Source: Octopus sinensis (Eukaryota). From it: a stretch of DNA of 64,000 nucleotides. Under the pieces are notes generated by a model, which saw nothing but the letters and a program-made list of their open reading frames with translations, made no database searches and was not told where the DNA came from. Positions within the stretch are counted from its first letter, which is position 1; each line of letters starts with the position of its first letter. A program made the position numbers and the translations under genes. Positions 13,270-24,615 of the stretch are shown piece by piece. Where the stretch lies: assembly GCF_006345805.1 (NCBI RefSeq), contig NC_043019.1, forward strand, positions 10,539,360-10,603,359, read 5' to 3'.

Positions 13270-13270
<1 letters not shown>
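12916..13270. mobile_element. Inverted (fold-back) Penelope-like remnant, family C
   Basis: ~150-bp arms (12916-13066 / 13121-13270) with a 54-bp spacer and (AT)n flanks; homologous to 43060-43270, 48840-49030 and 55934-56050. Confidence 0.7.
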
Positions 13271-13313
<43 letters not shown>

Positions 13314-13335
13314 CGGCGTACGTACACTTTGTTCT

Positions 13336-13371
<36 letters not shown>

Positions 13372-14519
13372 TTTTGTGATGCAACTATGATAAAACATAT
13401 TAAATGCTTTATAAGTCAATACCATGTCCTTCTGTATTAGCAGTGCCATTAAAACACATGTTATGGTTCTCTCTATAGAGTTTCTATAGAAATTATAGCT
13501 GGCACCGATTTGCTATGACATTTCATATCTGAATACATCTAATGTAAACAACAATGCAATCGTTATCATTAATCGAGTCCTCTCTCTCCTCTCAAAGGAT
13601 CTTTGCCATGTAAAAAGCATCCAGTCTTCACTGCAAAGCAGTTGGTGTTAGGAAGGGTATCCAGCTGTAAAAACCATGCCAAAACAGACCTCACTAGTGC
13701 TGGTGCCCTGTAAAAAAGCACTGTCCATTCTGTGGTGGGGGTTAATGTTAGGAGGGGCATCCAGCCATAAAAACCCTGCCAAAACAGACAGTGAAGTCTG
13801 GTGCTGTCTTCATGCCCTTGAAGGAATTCCAGCTTGAGGCCCTGATAGCTCAAATGGTGGAGTTGTGATGTAGAGTCCTTAAAAATGAGTCTGAAAGTGA
13901 TCCCTCTTTCCACCAGAAACGAGGTGTGGGTAATCACCGATATCTTTTGTCAGTGTGACTGTTCCATGGCAGGGCACTACAAATATTTTCCAGGCTAAGC
14001 CTTATACTTTTAGAGTTATGGGGGGGGGGGTTGAAAATTAGGGAAGCATTATATACATGCACGATGCATCATTAAGATACATATGAAAATTCCAAAATAC
14101 TGTCAAACTGTCCAACCCATGGAAAACATTCATTAAAAGATGATGATGGTGATGATGATGATGATGATGTTGATAATAATATGAACAAACATCATAACAG
14201 TTTGACCTAAACTAATTCACGTTTTGTTCTGCAAGCTGTTTAAATCATTTTCACAATCCTATTTATTTAAAGGCATAATATGTTTATATGCTTAAAATAT
14301 TTAGCCCTTTATTAATGTAATGTTATTTAATTAGAAATTCCCCCGTTTAGTGGTAACTTTGAGTCAATACACATCATTAATTGAGACCAATTCCTTACTT
14401 CAAAACATTAACCAAAATGTATTTAGATGAATAAAACGGTAGAAAAGAAGGGTGGCTTTATTTATATAATTGCCATTTATATATAAGACAGTTTTAAGAG
14501 ATATATGTATGTATGTATG

Positions 14520-14586
<67 letters not shown>

Positions 14587-15010
14587 GGATCTTTTCGGTT
14601 TGAATGGCAGTTTTTTCTAGCGGTGTCATATGAAATTGTCACCCATAATTATGACCCTAGTATCGATCTATTGCATTTCAATCTGTTTTAGGGTTAGGGT
14701 TAGGGTTAGGGGTGGGGGAAGGGTATATTTTTTTCCTTCACAAATGTAAATAAACCTAATCTGTTTCTTAAACGAGGGACATATTCATACGGCACAGAAT
14801 GTTTTCACCTGCAATAGACGTCATTGATTGGTTGAAATTGCAGAAATTGAAGAAAAAAAACAACAAATATCTTACAAACTATAGAATTTTCTCAATAAAG
14901 CCAAGAGAAAATGATGTTTTATAAACACATTCTACCAGTTTACGGAGTTTAAAGTTTTTTAGTTACCTAGAAATTATGTTAAAAAACTGCTCTTCAAACC
15001 AAAAAGATCC
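14587..15010. mobile_element. MITE with GGATCTTTT TIRs in (AT)n, carrying (TTAGGG)4
   Basis: TIRs ggatcttttcggtttgaatggcagtttttt / aaaaaactgctcttcaaaccaaaaagatcc; TTAGGG x4 at 14688-14711. Confidence 0.85.
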
Positions 15011-15924
15011 ATATATATAGTGTGTATTTTTGTGTATGAACATGGTGTGTGTTACTGGAAAATATTTAATTATATTGTAATTCTAAAGAATAATCTTAAA
15101 CAATGATATATAAATATAAACTCAGCGATTTAAAGCGGGCATCCGGTACAGAAATAAATGCCATGATTACCTTATAAAGCCTGGCTTTTTCCATCTTCAT
15201 GTTATATTATTCTTATATAAAACGAAGCAGTTTTGCATTGTGTGGTATTATTTTAAGAGATTTATTGTGTAAGGCCAGAACAAAGAGAGAAGGTATAAAG
15301 TAAACTACAGAAGGAAGCTTTCTTTTGTTTTGTGCTCTTTTGTTTTTCCAGTTTATTTTCTATCTTCTCACATTCTTCCGGCCTTACACAACAAACCTTT
15401 TTTAATATATAAATATATATAGAGAGCAATAAGAAAATGGGGGGGGGGTCAATAAGTGGTTCATCAACTTTTAGACATTATATTATGTCAACTTATTTAT
15501 TTATTTCCTAAAATGGCAATTACAAGAATATACATACATGTATATACATATTATGCTTTACATATAAAATATATTAATATGTAAAGATACCAGTAATTAT
15601 TAAAATATAACTGATAATTACTGGTATCCATTTTCTTATTGCTATATAAATTAATGGTAAAATATCTCTTTACCTTCACCCATTTAGTACACTAGGTAAT
15701 GTAATTGCAAAGCAATAAAAAGCACTTGTGTATTAATAATTGGGTATTCTACCGGCAGTATATTGGATAGATATTATCCCTTAGTTGGTTGGATTCACAA
15801 CCTCTAGCTTTCTTTGTCAGTGTGGCTGTTCCATGGCAGGTCACTACAAATATTTTCCAGGCTAAGCCTTATACTTTTAGAGTTATGGGGAGTTGAAAAT
15901 TAGGGAAATGTTATATACATGCAC

Positions 15925-16244
15925 CAGTGCCGGTGGCACGTAAGAGAACCATCGGAACGTGGCTGTTGCCAGCTTCGTCTGGTCCCCGTGCCGGTGGCAC
16001 ATAAAAAGCACCATCCTATTGTGGTCGTTTGCCAGCCTTGTCTGGCACCTGTGCAGGTGGCACGTAAAAAACACCCACTACACTCACAGAGTGGTTGGCG
16101 TTAGGAAGGGCATCCAGCTGTAGAAACACTGCCAGATCAGACTGGGCCTGGCGCAGCTTTCTGGCTTCCCAGACCCGAGTTGAACCGTCCAACCCATGCT
16201 AGCATGGAAAACGGACATTAAACGATGATGATGATGATGATGAT
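15925..16244 (+). mobile_element. (GAT)n-tailed retroelement (RTE-associated SINE or LINE 3' end)
   Basis: ggttggcgttaggaagggcatccagctgtagaaa...ccaacccatgctagcatggaaaacggacattaaacgatgatgat; related pieces at 13610-13800, 7115-7160 and 63333-63500(-). Confidence 0.75.
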
Positions 16245-16572
16245 GATGCATCATTAAGATAAATATGAAAATTCCAAAATACTCTTTTTTTCTGCTTTTT
16301 GTAGCAACAGTTTTGTCATATGACAGCTTCCTTGCAATATCATTTTCTAGAGACAACATGCAAAAAGAATTTAAGCACTCTTCACAGTCATGGTAGACTG
16401 AAAATTATTCTTTACAAAGGAAAGCTTTGAGGAACTCCTTTCTGCTTCACAGCTTGTGATACGCATTGGCAAGTACAGCTGATGTGCAGTGGTAATATTA
16501 GGGGGGACACTCAATTAATTGTAAGCATTAATAAATCTCTGAACAAGGTATAAACAGTAACTGCACGACAAT

Positions 16573-16769
16573 GTGAGGTATATTTACCATCTCAATATGG
16601 CTAACCACTAAGGGTGGGTGTTACTGTAGCTTGTAGCTATTTGCAAATACCTTAAAGGCACAGAAAGTGTGCCTAAAGCCAGCTGGAGGAGATGTTCTCC
16701 TGGGGCTACAAGCTACAGTAACACCCACCCTTAGTGGTTAGCCATATTGAGATGGCAAATATACCTCAC
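16573..16769. repeat. Inverted repeat with 65-bp arms and 67-bp spacer
   Basis: gtgaggtatatttaccatctcaatatggctaaccactaagggtgggtgttactgtagcttgtagc and its reverse complement with one mismatch. Confidence 0.9.
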
Positions 16770-16940
16770 TTCAATTGATTGTTGCTTATAAATAAGCTGA
16801 AGACCTTCTGTGCATTGCCTTTTAGATGGTGTGTTTTCTTCTGTGTTCTGGGATTTCCTAAGGTGTAAATAATCTTTGAACTGATAACACTCATTTATTA
16901 ATTTGTGGTCAATATCGTCTTTGTAATGCGATATTATAAG

Positions 16941-17153
16941 TTTACTCTTTTACTCTTTTACTTGTTTCAGTCATTTGACTGCGGCCATGCTGGAGCGCCG
17001 CCTTTAATCGAGCAACTCGACCCCGGGACTTATTCTTTTTGTAAGCCCAGTACTTATTCTATCGGTCTCTTTTGCCGAACCGCTTAGTGACGAGGACATA
17101 AACACACCAGCATCGGTTGTCAAGCAATGCTAGGGGGACAAACACAGACACAA

Positions 17154-17185
<32 letters not shown>

Positions 17186-17497
17186 TGTTGAAGAGCGTAG
17201 GCTCGAAACATTAAAGACTTGTTTTATTTATATTTCCTGAGCGCCATACTAATACAATTGTTCGTTTGTTTTCCACCTGCCTTCGTCTTTTGTTTATTTT
17301 CATAAAGCTTCCCGTTATATATATATACATATATATATACGACAGGCCTCTTTCAGTTTCCATCTAACAAATCCACTCATGAGGCTTTGGTCGGCCCGAG
17401 GCTATAGCAGAAGACACTTGCCCAAGGTGCCACGCAGTGGGACTGAACCCGGAACCACGTGGTTGGTAAACAAGCTACTTACCACACAGCCACTCCT
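16941..17497 (-). mobile_element. SINE S1 interrupted by a family-B PLE-like remnant (17185-17316)
   Basis: Both S1 halves are present; the insert GTTGAAGAGCGTAGGCTCGAAAC... lies in the internal (AT)n tract. Confidence 0.85.
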
Positions 17498-17607
17498 AAG
17501 TTTGATTCTGTTCTCATCAAATTCTGAATTGTACATCAGTTCTGAGAGAAACCTGAACCTTTTTGCAATCTGCTCATGTAGTTGGAAAGTATATATATTT
17601 GTTTTAT

Positions 17608-18019
17608 ACTCTTTTACTCTTTTACTTGTTTCAGTCATTTGACTGTGGCCATGCTGGAGCACCACCTTTTAGTTGAGCAAATCGACCCCAGGACTTATTC
17701 GTTGTAAGCCTAGTACTTATTCTATCGGTCTTTTTTGCCGAACCACTAAGTTACGGGGACGTAAACACACCAGCATCGGTTGTCAAGCGATGTTGGGGGG
17801 ACAAACACAGGCACACAAACACGCACACACATATATATACATATATACATATATATGACGGGCTTCTTTCAGTTTCCGTCTACCAAATCCACTCACAAGG
17901 CTTTGGTCAGCCCAAGGCTATAGTAGAAGACACTTACCCAAGGTGTCACACAGTGGGAATGAACCCGGAACCATGTGGTTCGTAAGCAAGCTACTTACCA
18001 CACAGTCACTCCTACGCCT
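17608..18019 (-). mobile_element. SINE S1
   Basis: Full-length match to S1. Confidence 0.9.
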
Positions 18020-18106
18020 GGAAAGTATATTTTATTGTTTTATGTTAATTTTACAACAAAAACAAGCCTTAAGATCTAATAAAGGAGACTATTCAGTCAC
18101 TTTCCC

Positions 18107-18590
18107 TGCTAGAAATAGCAGCCAAATCTCTCCACAATCACACTACTGCTTTCAAATAGGGACGGACACATTAACCATGGTGAGAATTTTTGATTATAGT
18201 TCTACTGGATCAGAGTTGACTCGGGGTTAAATAGCAACAAGAAGTCTGCGGTAGTTTCACATGCTAGAAATAGCAGCCAAATCTCTCCACAATCACACTA
18301 CTGCTTTCAAATAGGGACGGACACATTAACCATGGTGAGAATTTTTGATTATAGTTCTACTGGATCAGAGTTGACTCGGGGTTAAATAGCAACAAGAAGT
18401 CTGCGGTAGTTTCACATGCTAGAAATAGCAGCCAAATCTCTCCACAATCACACTACTGCTTTCAAATAGGGACGGACACATTAACCATGGTGAGAATTTT
18501 TGATTATAGTTCTACTGGATCAGAGTTGACTATGGGTTAAATAGCAACAAGAAGTCTGCGGTAGTTTCACATGCTAGAAATAGCAGCCAA
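18107..18590. repeat. 155-bp tandem repeat, ~3.1 copies
   Basis: tgctagaaatagcagccaa at 18107, 18262, 18417 and 18572; units nearly identical. Confidence 0.95.
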
Positions 18591-18765
18591 GGATGGCAGA
18601 AGGATATATGAGTGTGTTGTATGTAGTTGTCAAACAAGAATAACACAAAAGCTATCATTCCCACATATAGTCTGAAACAAAGACAAGAATATAATGAACA
18701 ATTCTGTAAAATAATGAAAGGTAGGACGAGAAATCCAAGCGGGGTGTATGAATTAGGGGTGGGAG

Positions 18766-18888
18766 TGAAATAGAAAATGATGCTTCTATATATTCTATTA
18801 TTTGAAGGATTGTGAAATAAAATCCTAGGGAGATAGTAATGATTATAGAGTGGGTTGCGAATTTTAAATTGTTATTTATTAGTGAATA
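18766..18888 (-). pseudogene. cox3: NUMT: mitochondrial cytochrome c oxidase subunit III fragment
   Basis: Invertebrate mitochondrial translation gives SLMNNNLKFATHSMIITISLGFYFTILQMMEYMEASFSIS, matching the conserved COX3 motif LGxYFTxLQxxEYxEAxFxIS(D). Confidence 0.9.
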
Positions 18889-19294
18889 ATTACTGGTATC
18901 CATTTTCTTATTGCTCTATAACTTAATGATAAAATATCTCTTTACCTTCACCCGTTTAGTACACTCGGTAATGTAATTGCCATGCAATGAAAAAACACTT
19001 GCTTTGGTTAGGTCTTTTCATGTTTGTGTTTGTACCCCCAACATCGCTTGACAACAAATGGTGGTGTGTTTACATTCCCATAACTTAGCAGTTCGGCAAA
19101 AGAGACCAATAGAATAAGTACTATGCTTACAAAGAATAAGTCCTGGGTTGGTTAGGGTTGGTTAGGGTTGGTTTAAGTCTAACTATGAATCTGAAGAAAG
19201 TTGATGACAGTGTGTATGACAATGGAGAAGGAAGGAGTTAAACATATATAGCAAATGCTTTTGGATATATATGTATGTGTGTATATATGTATGT

Positions 19295-19780
19295 ATATAA
19301 GAAAAAGGGCAACAGGAATGATTGCGGTAATTATAGGGGAATATCATTGCTTTCTGTCGTAGGAAAGGTTTTATGCAGGGTACTTCTGGATCGGCTGCTG
19401 AAACACGTTGCAGATTGTGTTCTTCCAGAAAGTCAATCTGGCTTTCATGTGGCACACGGCACTGCTGATGTGATCTTTTCAGCTAGACAGCTTCAGGAGA
19501 AGTGTGGGGAACGAGGTCTGGATTTGTATCAGGTTTTTGTCGATCTGACAAAAGCCTTTGATACCGTTAATAGAAATGCACTGTGGAAAGTCCTCCAGAA
19601 ACTTGGGTGTCCAGAAAAGTTCCTTGCTTTGGTTAGGTCTTTTCATGAAGACATGAAGGGTAGGGTTAATGTTAGAGGTAAAATGTTGGAGACTATCTCA
19701 ATACAAAACGGAGTGAAACAGGGGGATGGGATATTCTGGCACTGACCCTATTTGCCATATATTTTGCAATGGTTTTCTGA
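19295..19780 (+). pseudogene. RTE-clade LINE reverse transcriptase fragment
   Basis: KKKGNRNDCGNYRGISLLSVVGK...LPESQSGF...FVDLTKAFDTVNR...NGVKQG; frameshifted after QG. Confidence 0.92.
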
Positions 19781-20454
19781 ATTGCATTGTATACAGTTAA
19801 AGTTTAGGATTATTCAGAGGATTATTAAGAATAATATCATAACAAAAGATAGAAATTTATGAATACTTTTGAGTATATTCCAAACTTTTACCACAATAGA
19901 GGGAGGGAAAGAAATTATCCAGAAATAGTTTAATATTTATACATATTGTACACTTAAATACTAACTCATCAGATGGTATCTGTGAATATTGATTAATTGG
20001 TATATACTGGTATTAATAAAGGAGTATTGAGGTAAAGGAACATGCTAATTATATATTAATAAAATTATAATCTAAGCATTTTTTTTTATAAGTAGTGAAT
20101 ATATCAGTATAGTTTTATATAAGCTAAGTATGTATTTATAGAGATACAAAAATTAGATTAATTTTATAAATAAATAAAGGCTAATTATAAAATAATAAAG
20201 AAATAAAATAAAGTAATCAAGTAGGGGAGAAAATCATAGAAAAGGAATAAAATAGCTTAATTACTAATACTATGGTAAAGTATATGTAGCTTATTAACAC
20301 CAATAGAGAAGGTTTTTAGAAAAAGTATAATAATTCAAAATATATTAGACTAAAAATTATATATCTACTTATTTAGCTAATATCAATAAAAGACTGATGT
20401 CTGGTATCAGCTAAAGGAATATTTAAGGTATGGAACAATCATATTTTACACTCA

Positions 20455-20845
20455 CATTTACTCATTTACTTGTTTCAGTCATTTGACTGCGGCCATGCTG
20501 CAGCACCACCTTTAGTCGAGCAAATCGACCCCGGGACTTATTCTTTGTAAGCCCAGTACTTATTCTATCGGTCTCTTTTGCCGAACCGCTAAGTGACGGG
20601 GACGTAAACACACCAGCATCGGTTGTCAAGCGATGCTAGACACACAAACACTCACACACATACATATATATATATATACATATATACGACAGGCTTCTTT
20701 CAGTTTCCATCTACCAAATCTACTCACAAGGCATTGGTTGGCCCGGGGCTATAACAGAAGACACTTGCCCAAGATGCCACGCAGTGGGACTGAACCCGGA
20801 ACCATGTGGTTGGTTAGCAAGCTACTAACCACACAGCCACTCCTG
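20455..20845 (-). mobile_element. SINE S1
   Basis: Match to S1 with a small internal deletion. Confidence 0.9.
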
Positions 20846-20924
20846 AAAAACTAAGGATTATATTATAGGTTTGAGAAGTTATTATTGTTTATTGATATTA
20901 GCTAAATAAGTAGATATATAATTT

Positions 20925-21450
20925 GTGAGTTTCTTGCCAAAAACAACATGGTATCACTTCCACACCTGCCCTATATACCAGATCTAGTACCTTTGGACTT
21001 AGGGCGGCGAGCTGGCAGAAACATTAGCACGCTGGGTGAAATGTGTAGCCGTATTTCGTCTGCCGTTACGTTCTGAGTTCAAATTCCGCCGAGGTCGATT
21101 TTGCTTCTCATCCTTTCGGGGTCGATTAAATAAGTGCCAGTTACGCACTGGGGTCGATATAATCGACTTAATCCGTTTGTCTGTCCTTGTTTGTCCCCTC
21201 TGTGTTTAGCCTCTTTGTGGGTAGTAAAGAAATAGTAGCTATGGACTTCCATCTCTTCCCCAAGATGAAAAGGCAGCTGAAGGGTCACCATTTTAACACT
21301 GCTGTTGAGATCCAGAGCAAATCGCAGAAGGTCCTTGACTCACTTATGGAAAACGACTTCCAGGCCAGATTCCAAAAGTGGCAGGAATGCTGGGACCAGT
21401 GTATTGCTGTGCAAGGTGACTATTTTGATGGAGAGGATGTTAAAACTTAG
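20925..21450 (+). pseudogene. Mariner transposase C-terminal fragment split by a SINE S2 insertion
   Basis: EFLAKNNMVSLPHLPYIPDLVPLD | FHLFPKMKRQLKGHHF...FQKWQECWDQCIAVQGDYFDG (degenerate YSPDLAPxD motif). Confidence 0.85.
21001..21232 (+). mobile_element. SINE S2 monomer with TSD
   Basis: Head ggcggcgagctggcagaaac, B-box-like GAGTTCAAATT; 16-bp TSD tagtacctttggactt / tagtagctatggactt (14/16 identical). Confidence 0.85.
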
Positions 21451-21561
21451 GTTCAGTCCCCCTGTGTGGCCCCTTGGACAAGTGTCTTCTACTATAGCCT
21501 CGGGCTGACCAAAGCCTTGTGAGTGGATTTGGTAGACGGAAACTGAAAGAAGCCCATCGTA

Positions 21562-21598
<37 letters not shown>

Positions 21599-22206
21599 GT
21601 TGTATACTGTCAATCTAACAAGAACGTGACAGTAGGGGGTACACCACCATTGTATAGCCTTAGGAGGCATCGAACGCCTCCTGACAGCTTCGACACATTT
21701 TTTTCCCCGGCCGTCGGAACTGCATCTAGGGACACCGTGTTTCAGGATCATAGATGCAGTTCCGACGGCCGGGGGTGTTTGTCTCCCCTTTGTATATGTA
21801 TATAAGGACACAGGGAAAAAAATGTGTCGAAGCTATCAGGAGGCGTTCAATGCCTCCTAGGGCTATACAATGGTGGTGTACCCCCTACTGTCACGTTCTT
21901 GTTAGATTGACAGTATACAACCATTCTATCGCCCCACCACCGTACATGTCTCTACGAGAGATTTAGAAATTCAATATTTCTTATTATATATATATATGGA
22001 TCTTTTGTTTGTCCCCCCAACATCGCTTGATAACCGATGGTGGTGTGTTTACATTCCCATAACTTAGCGGTTCGGCAATAAAGACCGATAGAATAAGTAC
22101 AAGGCTTACAAAGAATAAGTCCTGGAGTCGATTTGCTCGACTAAAGGCGGTGCTCCAGCATGGCCACAGTCAAATGACTGAAGCAAGTAAAAGAGTAAAA
22201 GAGTAA
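21450..22206 (+). mobile_element. SINE S1 split by a ~400-bp insertion in its (AT)n tract
   Basis: 5' part at 21450-21590; the 3' part resumes at ~22005 and runs to the GTAAAAGA tail. Confidence 0.85.
21591..21929. mobile_element. Nested fold-back element (117-bp outer arms, perfect 24-bp inner stem)
   Basis: Outer arms 21591-21707 / 21813-21929; inner stem ccccggccgtcggaactgcatcta at 21705-21728 / 21751-21774. Confidence 0.8.
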
Positions 22207-22721
22207 ATAAATTATTTTTTATTAACCATAATTCATTCAAAAACTCATATATAAAGATAGATAAATGTCCTTCTTTTATTATTTTTTCTGGACATTGTAG
22301 CTCTTGACCTCCAAATGTTTCACCAATGTTATTTATCATTTTACCATTTAAAAAAAATTTCTTTCACCTTACAGTTTTTACACCTGTGTTTCTTTTAATT
22401 AACACCTCACTCCACTTACCTTTCCTTTGATCTCGGCTTCACGCCTTCCTCTTGCATTACACCTACACACCATCTTCCCACACACCATTATTTCACACCA
22501 CTACAATTCCATACTTACATACCTCCACACACACACACACACACACACACTTATCTCCATACATGTCCTCCTATACATGTATATACTACCTTGCTTTTAT
22601 CTCACTACCTAATCCCTTCCCCATGTATCAGCATTCCCACCTGGCCCCTTAGCCCTTTTTTTCCCCCAACCCCTTTTCTCACTGATATTAGTCTTCCCGC
22701 CACCTTATTCATTCTTTTATT

Positions 22722-22757
22722 TTTTCTGATGAATGCTTAGTATCTGAAACGTCAAAA
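22722..22757 (+). ncRNA. Minimal hammerhead ribozyme-like motif
   Basis: UUUU-CUGAUGA-AUGC-UUA-GUAU-CU-GAAAC-GUC-AAAA: canonical core, GUC triplet, loopless AC/GU stem III; stems are weak. Confidence 0.55.
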
Positions 22758-23229
22758 CCCCTTTTTTTTTAAGCATTAGACTAACAGATTTCTTTTTACT
22801 GGAATTCTGCTTTTGCACCCCATATAAACCCCCTTTTTCCCTTTTTTTTTTGATATTTTGGAATTTTCAGAAAAGTTTGTGGATTTATGTTCTACACACC
22901 GGAATTCATACAATTATATTTTGCAAGGACACCTGATGGACAAACACCCTCATTTGAAGTCATAGTGGTGGTCGTGGTGGGGAAGACCTTACCAAGTAGA
23001 GGTGAGGAGAGAGTAAGAAATAATACCCAAGAATGAAGAACAAAGCCTAGAAATGGAAATGTTGTACATTTCCGGTTCTTTTCCTGTTACTGTGTTGGAG
23101 TGGCCGTTGGTCGGGTACCCAGTATTGTCATTCAGGATGGGTCAATTGTATACCCTGGGAATTTGTACACTCCTTTTATCTTTCATTCAACTATTTGTGC
23201 GTGTGTGTATGTGTGTCTGTTTGTGTGGG

Positions 23230-23275
<46 letters not shown>

Positions 23276-23292
23276 TGTATATATATACATAC

Positions 23293-23348
<56 letters not shown>

Positions 23349-23507
23349 TGTGTGTTTGTCTATGTATATATATATGTCTCTGTGCATGTCTAATGTATAT
23401 ATGGTTTTATATATATATGTGTGTGTGTGTGTGTATGAAAAGAGATGTTAATCTGTGTCTGTCTATTTGTTTATGTGCCTGGGTATGTGAATATAAATCT
23501 TTATACA

Positions 23508-23555
<48 letters not shown>

Positions 23556-23719
23556 TATACACGTATTTAAAAATAAAAGCCAATCACTGTTTCTAATTAT
23601 CTACAAAAGACATCCGCATGTAGAACAATAGATGGCGCCTCTGAGTAACTAACTGCTTTGACTTGTTATGTATCAAATATGCTAATTAGTCACACCTTAT
23701 CAATACAATATTGTACGCC

Positions 23720-24615
23720 TACATAATGAGTCTCGAATGCTTGGTAATGAGTGGAAGACTATAATTAAGAATACAAGCAGCTGAAATAGGGTTTTCTCAA
23801 AAGGATCTTTGGAATAATGTTACTCAATGCATGGAATAGCTTGGAGATCCATGTAGTTTCTTATTTCTTTATTGCCCACAAGGGGCTAAACATAGAGGGG
23901 ACAAACTAGGACAGACAAAGGAATTAAGTCGATTACATCGACCCCAGTGCGTAACTGGTACTTAATTTATTGACCCCGAAAGGATGAAAGGCAAAGTCGA
24001 CCTCACTGGAATTTGAACTCAGAACATAACAGCTGACGAAATACCTATTTCTTTACTACCCACAAGGGGCTAAACATAGAGGGGACAAACAAGGACAGAC
24101 AAAGGGATTAAGTCAAATTATATCGTCCTCAGTGCGTAACTGGTACTTAGTATTTAATCAGCCCCAAAAGGATGAAAGGCAAAGTCGACCTCAGTGGAAT
24201 TTGAACTCAGAACGTAACAGCAGACGAAATACCTATTTCTTTACTACCCACAAGGCGCTAAACATAGAGGGGACAAACAAGGACAGACAAACGGATTAAG
24301 TTGATTATATTGATTCCAGTGCGTAACTGGTACTTAATTTATCGACCCGAAAGGATGAAAGGCAAAGTTGACCTCGGCGGAATTTGAACTCAGAACGTAA
24401 CGGCAGATGAAATACCGCTAAGCATTTCGCCCATCGTGCTAATGTTTCTGCCATCTTGCCGCCTTAGTTTCTCCAAGATCCATGTAGTTTCTCCAAGTCA
24501 GTCCATTACTTCTTTGTAGAGGTCACAGTGCTGGTACTGTAGATATGTGATTAGAAAACCACAGCAAAGAATCACAAGTCCGAATTCTTCAAACCAAGTT
24601 AACTGGCAGGTGCTG
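23720..24615 (+). pseudogene. Decayed RTE LINE C-terminal region hosting an S2 trimer
   Basis: RIQAAEIGF...KRIFG-like sequence before the insertion and WY...VIRKPQQRIT-like sequence after it. Confidence 0.55.
23862..24463 (-). mobile_element. SINE S2 head-to-tail trimer
   Basis: Three ~184-bp units with junction gacgaaatacc|tatttctttac and a single head at 24415-24463; flanking duplication agatccatgtagtttct at 23845-23861 and 24476-24492. Confidence 0.9.

Noticed and set aside
14688-14711. Telomere or fusion site
   Set aside because: Only four repeats, located inside a MITE.
19800-20440. Second NUMT (AT-rich, mitochondrial-looking)
   Set aside because: No recognisable mitochondrial protein motif could be read; BLASTX would be needed.
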